Virus record (IMG/VR): IMGVR_UViG_3300024272_000009 | Strand: one strand, 5' to 3' | Length of the DNA: 64,000 nt | Origin: a virus | Taxonomy: Duplodnaviria > Heunggongvirae > Uroviricota > Caudoviricetes | Shown: in pieces, positions 48,752-57,314 of the stretch | How the letters are laid out: each line of letters begins with the position of its first letter | How positions within the stretch are numbered: position 1 is the first letter of the stretch | Notes under the pieces: generated by a model | Seen by the model: the letters and a program-made list of their open reading frames with translations, nothing else | Databases searched by the model: none | Told to the model about the DNA's origin: nothing | Translations under genes and position numbers: made by a program

Positions 48752-48852
48752 AGGCTGTTTATCGCATTCCATTTACCACTGCTTCTGAATCTTATTGGTA
48801 CCCGGTATGACCCATAATCAATCATCCGACCAAGCTAAGCTTCGTGGCACCT
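48752..48852 (-). ncRNA. Scaffold-repeat unit 1 (101 nt)
   Basis: 5' AGGUGCCACGAAG ... GCAGUGGUAAAUGGAAUGCGAUAAACAGCCU 3'. Confidence 0.7.
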
Positions 48853-48870
48853 GATATTATATAATACGAT
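48853..48870 (-). promoter_or_regulatory. -10 promoter directly upstream of the repeat array
   Basis: CGTATTATATAAT-ATC-AGGTGCC; predicted +1 falls at the conserved 5' motif. Confidence 0.65.
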
Positions 48871-49140
48871 TTATTGATCGTATTTTTCAAAGTGATCCCA
48901 ATCTTTTTTCCACTTTTTGGAATATTTGTCAAGAATCTGCTCTACTACACAGGCATTACACTGCTCCACACTCACGGGATCAACTACATACCAATCATCA
49001 CCAAGAAGATAGCTGGTAAGTATATCAAGAGCTTCCTGAGCGTTCATTGGTGCAGGGCAAAGACCGTAAGACGTATCGCAGATATTATTCTTTATGGCTT
49101 CAAAGCCTTCATTATACCTGTATTCTTTCTTAGTCTTCAT
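48871..49140 (-). CDS. Hypothetical protein
   Basis: Coupled ORF with SD. Confidence 0.75.
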   Translation of the reverse strand: MKTKKEYRYNEGFEAIKNNICDTSYGLCPAPMNAQEALDILTSYLLGDDWYVVDPVSVEQCNACVVEQILDKYSKKWKKDWDHFEKYDQ

Positions 49141-49426
49141 TTACTATCTCCAACTTTTCAATAGTAATATCCTGAATGCCATGCGGGTGAATAGGCACAA
49201 ATACACAATTAGTCAATCCATGCTCAGCGAAGTCTTCTTTTAGTTGTCGAAAAATAAAATGAGCTTTATCCATTGGAGCATCTGGCAACTTGACTTTAAC
49301 CAAGTTAATAAATTCTGCGTCAGAAGATACTGATTCAAAGGCATGAGATACTGCTTTTTCCCAGTCTTCCTTTTGTGTATTGTCTACAAGATCGATAGTC
49401 AAATTTTTAATATTAAGTTTCTTCAT
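49130..49426 (-). CDS. Hypothetical protein
   Basis: Coupled ORF; start moved to MKKL. Confidence 0.7.
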   Translation of the reverse strand: MKKLNIKNLTIDLVDNTQKEDWEKAVSHAFESVSSDAEFINLVKVKLPDAPMDKAHFIFRQLKEDFAEHGLTNCVFVPIHPHGIQDITIEKLEIVNED

Positions 49427-49796
49427 TACGGTATTCCTCAATAAGTTTTTCCAAACCGAGCTTAGCTGATTCTTCAGAAAAGAAAACTAGACTACCAAAA
49501 TGTTCTTTATAGACAACTTCCTTAGAAGTTTTGTTTGAGCCCCACATTTTATCAATTACTCCGTTGGCAACGCTGATTCGGTCTACATCATACTCTGTAA
49601 TATTATAAAAACCTGGAACATTAAAAACTAACCAAAATTTCTTAGGCAACTCAATAATAGTAGAAGCGTCTTTAAAGTGCTGACAGTCCACTGCTGCAAT
49701 ATCAAGATCCGCACCGCCTCTATTCTGCATACAAAGCTCCGCATGTATACACTTTGTACACTTCAGTTCTTTCCAATGATCAAAAGGATTATACAT
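49413..49796 (-). CDS. Hypothetical protein with a Cys-rich N-terminus
   Basis: CTKCIH..LC...C. Confidence 0.7.
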   Translation of the reverse strand: MYNPFDHWKELKCTKCIHAELCMQNRGGADLDIAAVDCQHFKDASTIIELPKKFWLVFNVPGFYNITEYDVDRISVANGVIDKMWGSNKTSKEVVYKEHFGSLVFFSEESAKLGLEKLIEEYRNEET

Positions 49797-49974
49797 TAGG
49801 CGCCTCCGTCTTCATAACGTACTCAAGTAGTCTCACACAATCATCACTGAAATTTTTTACATCTGCATCCTGTACTTCTCTCGGCTTATCAAACCAAAGC
49901 TCTCTTCCTGCCCGCTGGCCGTAGAAAAAATCAAACTTATTTATAATATCAATTGCCTGTTCTTTTGTAATCAT
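49789..49974 (-). CDS. Hypothetical protein
   Basis: Coupled ORF. Confidence 0.7.
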   Translation of the reverse strand: MITKEQAIDIINKFDFFYGQRAGRELWFDKPREVQDADVKNFSDDCVRLLEYVMKTEAPNV

Positions 49975-50330
49975 ACGGTAGCATACCTCTTTTTATGGTC
50001 TCTGTTTAGAGCCAAGTTTGCATTAGTAATATCAAGAATTTCATCCCAGCGAGAAGCACCCTCACGGAAGTGCATAATACCAGGTTTATGTTTAAGCTGG
50101 TCAATAATTCCCAATGACTGATTTAGAGTCATCATATCATTATAGCCCATAGGCGGAAGGTCAGGAAATCTGAGATTCTGACACAGAAAATTAAGTTGTT
50201 CGGTCATAGTAATTCTCAAAGTAGTCGCCGGTGTTTCAACGTCAATAAAATGATCTTCAGACATATACAGATATCTATACAAAGTACAAATATCATTAAA
50301 ATCTGTCAATAGAGTATCTATCGTTCTCAT
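49971..50330 (-). CDS. Hypothetical protein
   Basis: Coupled ORF. Confidence 0.7.
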   Translation of the reverse strand: MRTIDTLLTDFNDICTLYRYLYMSEDHFIDVETPATTLRITMTEQLNFLCQNLRFPDLPPMGYNDMMTLNQSLGIIDQLKHKPGIMHFREGASRWDEILDITNANLALNRDHKKRYATV

Positions 50331-50875
50331 ATAATAATCTCCTTGCGATAATCTTTACTTTTTCTGTCCCAAAACGATCCACCGTGACCTACGTCTCTCA
50401 TATAAAGTTTCTCAAAAGTAAAGAAATCTGCCTCGTTAAAGCCGCCATGAGCGTCAACAGTCTGAATAAAATGTTCTCTTTGTACGTCATTAATTGGCAC
50501 ATTCTCATCATCTAGGATCATAAAATAGTTAATTTCAGGATGCTCGTCAAGATATTTCTGAATCTCATGACCGCGAGACCAACCTTCTGATACCTCAAGA
50601 TGCTCTGTCTTACCAAGAATTTCAATACCCTCTCTGAGACCACCATTAATAAGGCATTCCTTGTAGTTTTTATCTCTACGCCAAGTAGAAGTAACTACAA
50701 TATCATAATGAAATTTCTGGCAAGCCTCAGATAGCCACTGTACTGCTTGAAAATTATTTACTTTTCCGTGGCTCGGCCAATTGTAATTACAGTGGGTACC
50801 CTTCTCATTCCACATAGGAGTATTCACGACACCATCATAATCAAGAAATATTACTCTAGAATTCACTTTATACAC
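50327..50875 (-). CDS. HAD phosphatase, Swiss-Army-Knife RNA-repair-like
   Basis: IFLDYDGV, VVTSTWR, RG.EI..YL, ILDDE. Confidence 0.82.
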   Translation of the reverse strand: MYKVNSRVIFLDYDGVVNTPMWNEKGTHCNYNWPSHGKVNNFQAVQWLSEACQKFHYDIVVTSTWRRDKNYKECLINGGLREGIEILGKTEHLEVSEGWSRGHEIQKYLDEHPEINYFMILDDENVPINDVQREHFIQTVDAHGGFNEADFFTFEKLYMRDVGHGGSFWDRKSKDYRKEIII

Positions 50876-50886
50876 TCCTTCTGCGA

Positions 50887-51525
50887 TTACTTTACTCCAT
50901 ATTTATCTACAATATAGCCAAGAAGCGCTCGGTGCTGGTCATCATCAATATAAATATACTCAGCATCATTCCAAAGATATGTAGGTTTAAGTTTATCGTA
51001 AATACTCAAGTCGCCTTTACACTCTTCGTAATCTTTGATAAGGCCTCCGGAGGTATCTTGAAGATTAGGATTTTCTTTATTATACTTTTTACAAGCATTC
51101 ACAAAATAAGTCATTCCAGAGCCGTTAAGAATTTTAAGCACCACAGCATTATCAACTTCGTAAGTACGCTCACCACTATCGTTATACATAAGGCAATACT
51201 TTGCTGCATCAGCCATATGCTTTTCAGCCTTGCCGAGTTCGTCAAAAACTTCTCCGTCAGCAGTTCTATAAACCATTTCAATACCGTCAGGAAGTGCTTT
51301 TACTGGCGGTGTAAAATCAAAAGCCTTCTCAAAAGCAATAGCATAACAGTCATCACACATAGCCTCAGATACCCAGCTAGGACCGCCAAGGTTCACATGC
51401 AAACTTACATAAGAAGAACCTTTATCGATTGAATGCTTACACTGCCTACAAACATGAATTTTCTTAGACTTGCTTATTCTTTCAGCCCAACCATTTGCTA
51501 CAGGACAATAAATACGATTATTCAT
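50887..51525 (-). CDS. Hypothetical protein with a Zn-finger-like N-terminus
   Basis: HVCRQC...CDDC; YRTADGEVF. Confidence 0.72.
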   Translation of the reverse strand: MNNRIYCPVANGWAERISKSKKIHVCRQCKHSIDKGSSYVSLHVNLGGPSWVSEAMCDDCYAIAFEKAFDFTPPVKALPDGIEMVYRTADGEVFDELGKAEKHMADAAKYCLMYNDSGERTYEVDNAVVLKILNGSGMTYFVNACKKYNKENPNLQDTSGGLIKDYEECKGDLSIYDKLKPTYLWNDAEYIYIDDDQHRALLGYIVDKYGVK

Positions 51526-51592
51526 TTTATGTACTCCTTAATATTTACTATTATATAATACAATATACGGTAAAGAAAAATCAGACATTCTT

Positions 51593-51904
51593 TTAAAATG
51601 CCTGATTAAAAAATTCATCTGCCAAAGCAAGGTCTGCAATAAATTCTTCTTCTGTTTTATTGTGTAATCTAAGCTGACGTCTTACTTCTGCCTGGTAGTC
51701 TTCATTTATACCATCCGGCCAAGGTCCTGCACAAGAAATATCATTAACCATATGCTGATATACTTCTCTGCCCTCTGAAATACAACTTAAACAAATTGCA
51801 TCAGAAAACGCTCCAAAGCCTGAGCAGACTACAAAGCCTTTAGTATTCTTTGCTCCACAAGCAGCACACTTTTCAATATTCTGAGGTTCAAGCTTCGGGA
51901 TCAT
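51593..51904 (-). CDS. Hypothetical Zn-finger-like protein
   Basis: CAAC...CLSC. Confidence 0.7.
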   Translation of the reverse strand: MIPKLEPQNIEKCAACGAKNTKGFVVCSGFGAFSDAICLSCISEGREVYQHMVNDISCAGPWPDGINEDYQAEVRRQLRLHNKTEEEFIADLALADEFFNQAF

Positions 51905-52145
51905 CTTTTACCTCCTGATGGCGGCCACTTACAAAATATTCCTTAATACTGTTCAAGATGGGCTTCTTTACCGCGGGAACAATAAGGTAATAAGGTGTAA
52001 GTTTAGGCTCCCAACTACCCCAATCAATAAATTCAAGAGCTTTTTCAGCCTGCTCCTGAGTCATGTGCTCATCGTCATAAAAAACGTAGTACTCATTGTA
52101 GCCAAACCAATAGTCTTCTAGTTTAATATTAAGCTGCTGAAGCAT
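51888..52145 (-). CDS. Hypothetical protein
   Basis: Coupled ORF. Confidence 0.65.
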   Translation of the reverse strand: MLQQLNIKLEDYWFGYNEYYVFYDDEHMTQEQAEKALEFIDWGSWEPKLTPYYLIVPAVKKPILNSIKEYFVSGRHQEVKDDPEA

Positions 52146-52528
52146 TAAATACCTCCATTAACAAAGATAACAAACGTAGCTGTAATCTGAACTAAGTGAC
52201 AAGCCTGATCTGTCCAAAGATTGATCCAGTGTTTATTTGCTTTACAGTCATCAACAAAAGCATGCATAATCATATTAAAAACAAGCATACCGACAAACGC
52301 ACCACTGATAGCAAAGCTGTTAAATAATGCAATAGGCAGCATAATCATAAAAGACCAGCTAAAGGAGTGCATAATCAAAGCCCAGATATAGTCAAATCTG
52401 TAGAGCTTCTCAGGTGCATTATCCTTCCACCACTGCTTCTGCTTAGCCGACGCAAGCCAGCCCTGAAGGTAGTAATCATCTACAATATGACAAAAGATCA
52501 TAAGAATAAGAACAAACAAAATATTCAT
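52145..52528 (-). CDS. DUF3307-like membrane protein
   Basis: HIVDDYYLQ, LIMHS, HAFVD..K, DQACH. Confidence 0.85.
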   Translation of the reverse strand: MNILFVLILMIFCHIVDDYYLQGWLASAKQKQWWKDNAPEKLYRFDYIWALIMHSFSWSFMIMLPIALFNSFAISGAFVGMLVFNMIMHAFVDDCKANKHWINLWTDQACHLVQITATFVIFVNGGI

Positions 52529-52707
52529 GACATATACTCCTTATCAATAACAGTTAAATCTTTAAGATAATAATGATCAATCTTACCATGCTCATTTACT
52601 ACCAAGGCACCAGGCAAACCATCTTTCCACTCAATTTTTATAATATTTACATACTTTGGCGGGTGATAGTAATAATCTGGGTCATGCCATTCTGCTCTAA
52701 TATTCAT
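52525..52707 (-). CDS. Hypothetical protein
   Basis: Coupled ORF. Confidence 0.65.
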   Translation of the reverse strand: MNIRAEWHDPDYYYHPPKYVNIIKIEWKDGLPGALVVNEHGKIDHYYLKDLTVIDKEYMS

Positions 52708-52709
52708 GC

Positions 52710-53096
52710 TTAAGCCTCTCTTACAAACTTAACACCGTTAATTTCTACGGTATCGATATTGTCAATATTCTCAGAAATATCTACTGTAATACCAAGACTT
52801 CTCTGCTCCAGAGTAATCTTATCACAGTTAATAACCAAGGACTTCAACATTGGCTCCGCACTACCAACGGCAAAAGCAGCTTCCTTAGTGAAAAGCTGCG
52901 GCTCTTCTTTAAACATATTTTCGTTGCAGCTTGGACAGTAGTCTTCCAAACCACGAATCTTTGTAGTAAGTGTCTCAATATCAAAACCAACAGCTACTGG
53001 CTGACAATAACCACAAACAGAACATTCAGCTTCATGCAGGCCAGCTCTCTCTTTGACCCACCACTTGCCAGTATTGACGCCACCAAAATCATTCAT
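52710..53096 (-). CDS. Zn-ribbon hypothetical protein
   Basis: GKWW...CSVCG...YCPSC; start moved to MNDFGG (SD GGAGG). Confidence 0.7.
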   Translation of the reverse strand: MNDFGGVNTGKWWVKERAGLHEAECSVCGYCQPVAVGFDIETLTTKIRGLEDYCPSCNENMFKEEPQLFTKEAAFAVGSAEPMLKSLVINCDKITLEQRSLGITVDISENIDNIDTVEINGVKFVREA

Positions 53097-53185
53097 ACCA
53101 AAAACCTCCAAAATATTATAATATATAATAAAAGCTGCCTCAAAGCGAAGCAGCTTTAGGACTATTATATTATACGATACGGTAC

Positions 53186-53392
53186 TCAATAGTTTTGATC
53201 ATCAGACAAAATTTCTGCAAACTGTTTCATTAAGTTAGCAGCTTTATTAAGCTTCTCTTTAAGTCTAGTATTCTCGCCCTCAACGTAATTAATATGATTT
53301 ATAAGATCATCTGTTCGCTGCTGAAACTCTGCCTGCATCTTGCCAGCCTCTTCAGCTGCAGCAAGTAAAGCTCCCTGTAAATCAAAGGTCAT
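53186..53392 (-). CDS. Coiled-coil hypothetical protein
   Basis: Heptad pattern; coupled ORF. Confidence 0.7.
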   Translation of the reverse strand: MTFDLQGALLAAAEEAGKMQAEFQQRTDDLINHINYVEGENTRLKEKLNKAANLMKQFAEILSDDQNY

Positions 53393-53637
53393 TACATATC
53401 CCTCTCTTTACTCATATTTCGAGCAAACTCTTCCCAATCGTTAGCTCTTTTATTTGCGTCAGCAAGGTCTTTTTCCATAACATTAATACAGTTCATAGCT
53501 GCTGACATAAGCTGATAGGTACACTCCTCATGTGGTCCCTTCTCGGGTCCCATATACAAAGGACAACCACTACAATTTCTATAAACTGTACAGCAAATAA
53601 GCCCCTGTTTAAGCTCTCCATAAGTGAATTCTCTCAT
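53392..53637 (-). CDS. Cys-rich hypothetical protein
   Basis: LICC...CSGCPL; start moved to MREF (TAATG). Confidence 0.7.
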   Translation of the reverse strand: MREFTYGELKQGLICCTVYRNCSGCPLYMGPEKGPHEECTYQLMSAAMNCINVMEKDLADANKRANDWEEFARNMSKERDM

Positions 53638-54047
53638 TATGCTTCCTTCCATTCACTCATATCAGGTGCGTCTACATACACAACAATACATCTTTTCATA
53701 TACTTTGCAGCCATTTCATCAAGGTACTTCTCAAGTTCTGCTTCTGCAAGGCAGTTAGCAGCAAATTGCTCCTGAGTGTACTCTCCACGCTCTACACTTA
53801 CAGCACAGCACCTGGGCTCATAATTAAACTTCTCACAAAGCTCATCTGCGTACTTGTCGTAATATACTTCAGTAAAGCTATCCTTATCGTCATACCAATG
53901 GTCACCGATAAGACCGACTGACTCAATACTTGCAGCAGAAAAGCTCGCCATCCAATAACAACTATCATCCCAACAAACTTCACCATTTACCATAGCCACA
54001 ATAGGCAGGTCAGGATTTGCCGCAACAAGTTCTAAAAGTTCTTTCAT
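53637..54047 (-). CDS. Hypothetical protein
   Basis: LLELVAANPDLPIVAMV; SD GGAG. Confidence 0.75.
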   Translation of the reverse strand: MKELLELVAANPDLPIVAMVNGEVCWDDSCYWMASFSAASIESVGLIGDHWYDDKDSFTEVYYDKYADELCEKFNYEPRCCAVSVERGEYTQEQFAANCLAEAELEKYLDEMAAKYMKRCIVVYVDAPDMSEWKEA

Positions 54048-54109
54048 AATTATCTCCTAATGTTTATTATTTTAAACGAAAAGCTCAGTTTTGTTTATAA
54101 ATATAAACG

Positions 54110-54337
54110 TTAATCAATAGTAAATGTCTTAATACTGGAATAGATGTCCTTGTCAGACTCGCACCAAAGCTCGTCAAAGTCTCTAGCAGCAACAAGGCCA
54201 AGGAAAGACTTTGCATTAATGCAACAACGATCACCGTCAGTTACATATACCTTATCATTTTTACTGGTTGCGTGGGAAACTGCAACTACAAAATTACCAA
54301 TATCGGTAATAGTATCAAGCTGAATTTTTACTCTCAT
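54110..54337 (-). CDS. HPr-family phosphocarrier-like protein
   Basis: INAKSFLGL (Ser46 motif); no His15. Confidence 0.8.
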   Translation of the reverse strand: MRVKIQLDTITDIGNFVVAVSHATSKNDKVYVTDGDRCCINAKSFLGLVAARDFDELWCESDKDIYSSIKTFTID

Positions 54338-54339
54338 TT

Positions 54340-54816
54340 TTAAATCTCCTTCTTTATTCTCTGATATTTATGTCTATAATTCCAAGTAAAATCTACTATC
54401 TCGTCAAATCTGAACATTAGCTGATCAAAGATATCAAATTTTACATAATCACGATTATTTTCTTTGTCGTGCCAAGCGTGCTCGCTCAACATCTTCTTAG
54501 CAAAAGCTGGCCAGTTAAGTATCTGGTCATCTGTAATATCAATTTTACCTTCTCTAAAGATTCCACACCAAGGTTCAAGATATACTCTATTGTCTTCAAT
54601 ATAAAGAATCATCTCATACTCAGCGCGCGACCAATATTGCCACTGAAGCTCTAACTTCAGAGCATCTGCAAATTCTTCTTTAGTTGTATATTTCTTTTTA
54701 AGTTTCTTTACACGGTCTTCTCGATAAGCCAAGACATCATGAACTTTTACTGTCTTTGCATTAAAATCATGTATAAGGGTCGGCCAAGTAAAAGGTGGCC
54801 TAACAACTTTACTCAT
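54340..54816 (-). CDS. Hypothetical protein
   Basis: YWSRAEYE; SD GGAG. Confidence 0.75.
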   Translation of the reverse strand: MSKVVRPPFTWPTLIHDFNAKTVKVHDVLAYREDRVKKLKKKYTTKEEFADALKLELQWQYWSRAEYEMILYIEDNRVYLEPWCGIFREGKIDITDDQILNWPAFAKKMLSEHAWHDKENNRDYVKFDIFDQLMFRFDEIVDFTWNYRHKYQRIKKEI

Positions 54817-54825
54817 CTTATCTCC

Positions 54826-54984
54826 TTAATATGACTGTATAAAATATCTATACCTTGTACCGACCTTACCCATTCCCCAAGGATGACAACTATCCTTGCC
54901 TAAGTTCTTTTTAGCCCAATCGTAAGCATTGGCAGCAGTAGGAAAACCCGACTTTACTGGAATAAAAAGCTTTTCTGAATCCAT
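54826..54984 (-). CDS. 52-aa hypothetical protein (MDSEKLFIP...), below the ORF-track cut-off
   Basis: Open frame filling the gap between two genes. Confidence 0.55.
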   Translation of the reverse strand: MDSEKLFIPVKSGFPTAANAYDWAKKNLGKDSCHPWGMGKVGTRYRYFIQSY

Positions 54985-54995
54985 AATTTTAAACA

Positions 54996-55190
54996 TTATA
55001 GTATCTCCTCATATACAACCATAATAGCGTCATTAGACCCGCCAGCATAATGAATAGACAAAACTTTAATATCTTTACGATTAATAAATTTTTCCACCTC
55101 ATCGCAAGCCCAAGTTGCAGTGATATAGCTCGAACCGGACGGATTTACACAATGTTCTTCATGGTTTTTGAATATTTTAATTTTCTTCAT
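54996..55190 (-). CDS. Hypothetical protein
   Basis: EVEKFIN..DIKV...IMVVYE pattern; TAATG coupling. Confidence 0.7.
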   Translation of the reverse strand: MKKIKIFKNHEEHCVNPSGSSYITATWACDEVEKFINRKDIKVLSIHYAGGSNDAIMVVYEEIL

Positions 55191-55525
55191 TATCTTATCT
55201 CCTTCCAGCCATTTGCTTGAATAATAGCTCTCATGTTAGCAACTCCAACCGGGTTAGCTGAATGTAAAGAAAATCTATAGTTAATACAGTGTTCCAACCA
55301 ATATGCACGCTTTAGTGCATTACCAGAGCGGCATAGTCTCTCAAGCTCTTTAAGAACTTCAATAAAGTCGCCGCCCTCAAAAGCATAGTCACCAGCATCA
55401 TGATCAAGGGCAATTTCTTCGATATCATCAGCATTATGATAAATGGTGTGAAGTGCATTCAAAGTCGACTTACACCAAATATAGCCTTCTGGTGCAGGTC
55501 TAACATCATCAATCCATAGTTTCAT
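55190..55525 (-). CDS. Cyclic-phosphate-processing receiver-like domain
   Basis: MKLWIDDVRPAP, IALDHDAG, HSANPVG; start moved to MKLW. Confidence 0.8.
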   Translation of the reverse strand: MKLWIDDVRPAPEGYIWCKSTLNALHTIYHNADDIEEIALDHDAGDYAFEGGDFIEVLKELERLCRSGNALKRAYWLEHCINYRFSLHSANPVGVANMRAIIQANGWKEIR

Positions 55526-56093
55526 GTGAACCGCCCTCCTTAATATAAACCTCTGCATAGTAACGAGCCAGGTTGGCAATGTCTACACTTGACATAGGAT
55601 CCTTAATACAGGCTCTAATCTTCTCCTCAAGCGGATGTGCCGCTCTCCAAGCCTCAGCAATCTTTTTCTGCTCTTCATTATACGCCTTCAAGTCTTTAGT
55701 AGCCTCTGCCCAAAGCTCTTCTTCATGCTCTCGTCGGTAGTCCATAAGCTCTTCTGAATATTTCTGTTCAGTGGGCCAGCAAACAGCATTAGCAAAAATA
55801 ATGCCACCAACAAAAAGAATAGCACCAACAGCTGTTCCAGCATAAAACCAGCTACTAAAGCAAGCGGCGAGAACACTGAAAGTAATCATAAAGATTAAGC
55901 CAATCATACATCCCCAACCGATACAGCGAAATCCAATACAGCTCCATTTATATGCCTGCTCACGAAGGTGTGTTTCAGGTTCAGTTCGCGGTCTACTACA
56001 TTTTACCTTTTCAATAGAAAAATAATTCTTTCCAGGCTCAAAAGTCTCTTTGTCAAAATACATTTCCATAGTAACCATATAAAAATCCTCCAT
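55509..56093 (-). CDS. Membrane protein with two TM helices
   Basis: Hydrophobic hairpin followed by a coiled coil. Confidence 0.7.
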   Translation of the reverse strand: MEDFYMVTMEMYFDKETFEPGKNYFSIEKVKCSRPRTEPETHLREQAYKWSCIGFRCIGWGCMIGLIFMITFSVLAACFSSWFYAGTAVGAILFVGGIIFANAVCWPTEQKYSEELMDYRREHEEELWAEATKDLKAYNEEQKKIAEAWRAAHPLEEKIRACIKDPMSSVDIANLARYYAEVYIKEGGSHETMD

Positions 56094-56165
56094 AAATAGT
56101 AAAAACTTCCTATATTATAATACAATACAGGAAGTCTTATTTTTATGATACTTTAGAAATTTATT

Positions 56166-56456
56166 TTAATTTACAGGATTATCTTTAATCATTTGGAAAA
56201 GTATACGAGCTTTTTCATAATCTGTCTTAGGCTCCTCGGGCACTGCCATTGTAGTAGGCTCGCTTAAATACTTTTCAGTCTCAAGCCCGAGCTCTGCAAG
56301 ATAAACAACCCACTTAAGCCAATCAGCTTTATTAGCATTCATCTTTCTAATACCGGCATTTTTACCACAGTCTTCAAGATGAAAAGCATAGCTAAGCTCG
56401 TTTCGCGCCTTTTCAAGAGCTGCTTCCTTAACAGCAATCATATCATTATTAGCCAT
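56166..56456 (-). CDS. Hypothetical protein
   Basis: Start moved to MANNDM; the track's extension overlaps the AbrB gene. Confidence 0.65.
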   Translation of the reverse strand: MANNDMIAVKEAALEKARNELSYAFHLEDCGKNAGIRKMNANKADWLKWVVYLAELGLETEKYLSEPTTMAVPEEPKTDYEKARILFQMIKDNPVN

Positions 56457-56769
56457 TAGTGGGCTCCTTATCAAAAATGTATTCTTTAAGGTCTCGCTCA
56501 AGTACGTGAAGCAGAGCCTTAATAGAAGCGGCCTGTTCTTCAGGAAGGTCTTCAACGGGACTAGCTTCTCCATAAATAACTGCGTGCAGACCCTCAATTG
56601 CACCCTTAAGCTCCGGCTCAGTAGAATACCTTCTAAAACAAACGTATTCTCCTTCCATAAAAAGCTCAAGAGGGTCGCCTTCCTTAAGGCGCATAGTGCG
56701 TCTTACTTCCTTAGGAATAACTACTCTTCCAAGGTCATCAATTCTTCTTACAATTCCAGTTGATTTCAT
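56449..56769 (-). CDS. AbrB/SpoVT-family transcription regulator
   Basis: MKSTGIVRRIDDLGRVVIPKEVRR..L.EGDPLE. Confidence 0.92.
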   Translation of the reverse strand: MKSTGIVRRIDDLGRVVIPKEVRRTMRLKEGDPLELFMEGEYVCFRRYSTEPELKGAIEGLHAVIYGEASPVEDLPEEQAASIKALLHVLERDLKEYIFDKEPTNG

Positions 56770-56771
56770 AG

Positions 56772-56942
56772 TTAAATCTCCACTTTCTTTAAATATTTAA
56801 AAGGTACAACGGTACAGTTATAATCAAAATTGCCTTCGTCCCATTCAACATCGGCTTCTTCTTTCTGATAATTAATATAAGTAATCCAACCGATAATGTA
56901 TCCATTATAGGCTTCTACCATATCTCCGACTTTAAATTCCAT
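56772..56942 (-). CDS. 56-aa SH3-like hypothetical protein (MEFKVGDMV...), below the ORF-track cut-off
   Basis: FKVGD.V...G.I...DVEW pattern; fills the intergenic gap. Confidence 0.65.
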   Translation of the reverse strand: MEFKVGDMVEAYNGYIIGWITYINYQKEEADVEWDEGNFDYNCTVVPFKYLKKVEI

Positions 56943-56950
56943 AAAGCACT

Positions 56951-57184
56951 TTAAAAAATTCCATGAGTTTCTTCAAGTCTTACTTCCTCAATGTGATAAA
57001 TAGGAAGCGCCTTAAGCTTTTCCTGATAGCGAGCAATTCTCTCACCTCTGCAGCCAATAAGCGGACCTGGACGATCCGTATAAATAGTAAGCACATTCTT
57101 TCTAAGACTGTAAAGCATAAGATGGCTTACCTTAGCATCATCCTTCCACTCCTTAAGAACATCGCGAACCATAGAATCATACAT
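56951..57184 (-). CDS. Stand-alone type II KH domain resembling ribosomal protein S3
   Basis: LTIYTDRPGPLIGCRGERI vs S3 consensus VTIHTARPGIVIGKKG; SD GGAGG. Confidence 0.75.
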   Translation of the reverse strand: MYDSMVRDVLKEWKDDAKVSHLMLYSLRKNVLTIYTDRPGPLIGCRGERIARYQEKLKALPIYHIEEVRLEETHGIF

Positions 57185-57314
57185 AATAAATTCCTCCATA
57201 ATTGTTATATTATATTATACAATACAAATATTGCCGATTTCAATATTTTTAATAAAAAGAAGGCATATATTTCAATGCCTTCCTAGATAGCCTAAATTTC
57301 GCTTATATTGAGCT

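Noticed and set aside
48193-48852. The 4-unit array as CRISPR, TIGR (box C/D) array, hammerhead or HDV-like ribozymes
   Set aside because: Interiors are 60-120 nt and structured; RUGAUGA is present in only one unit; no conserved CUGANGA/GAAA core; HDV nested-pseudoknot order not found.
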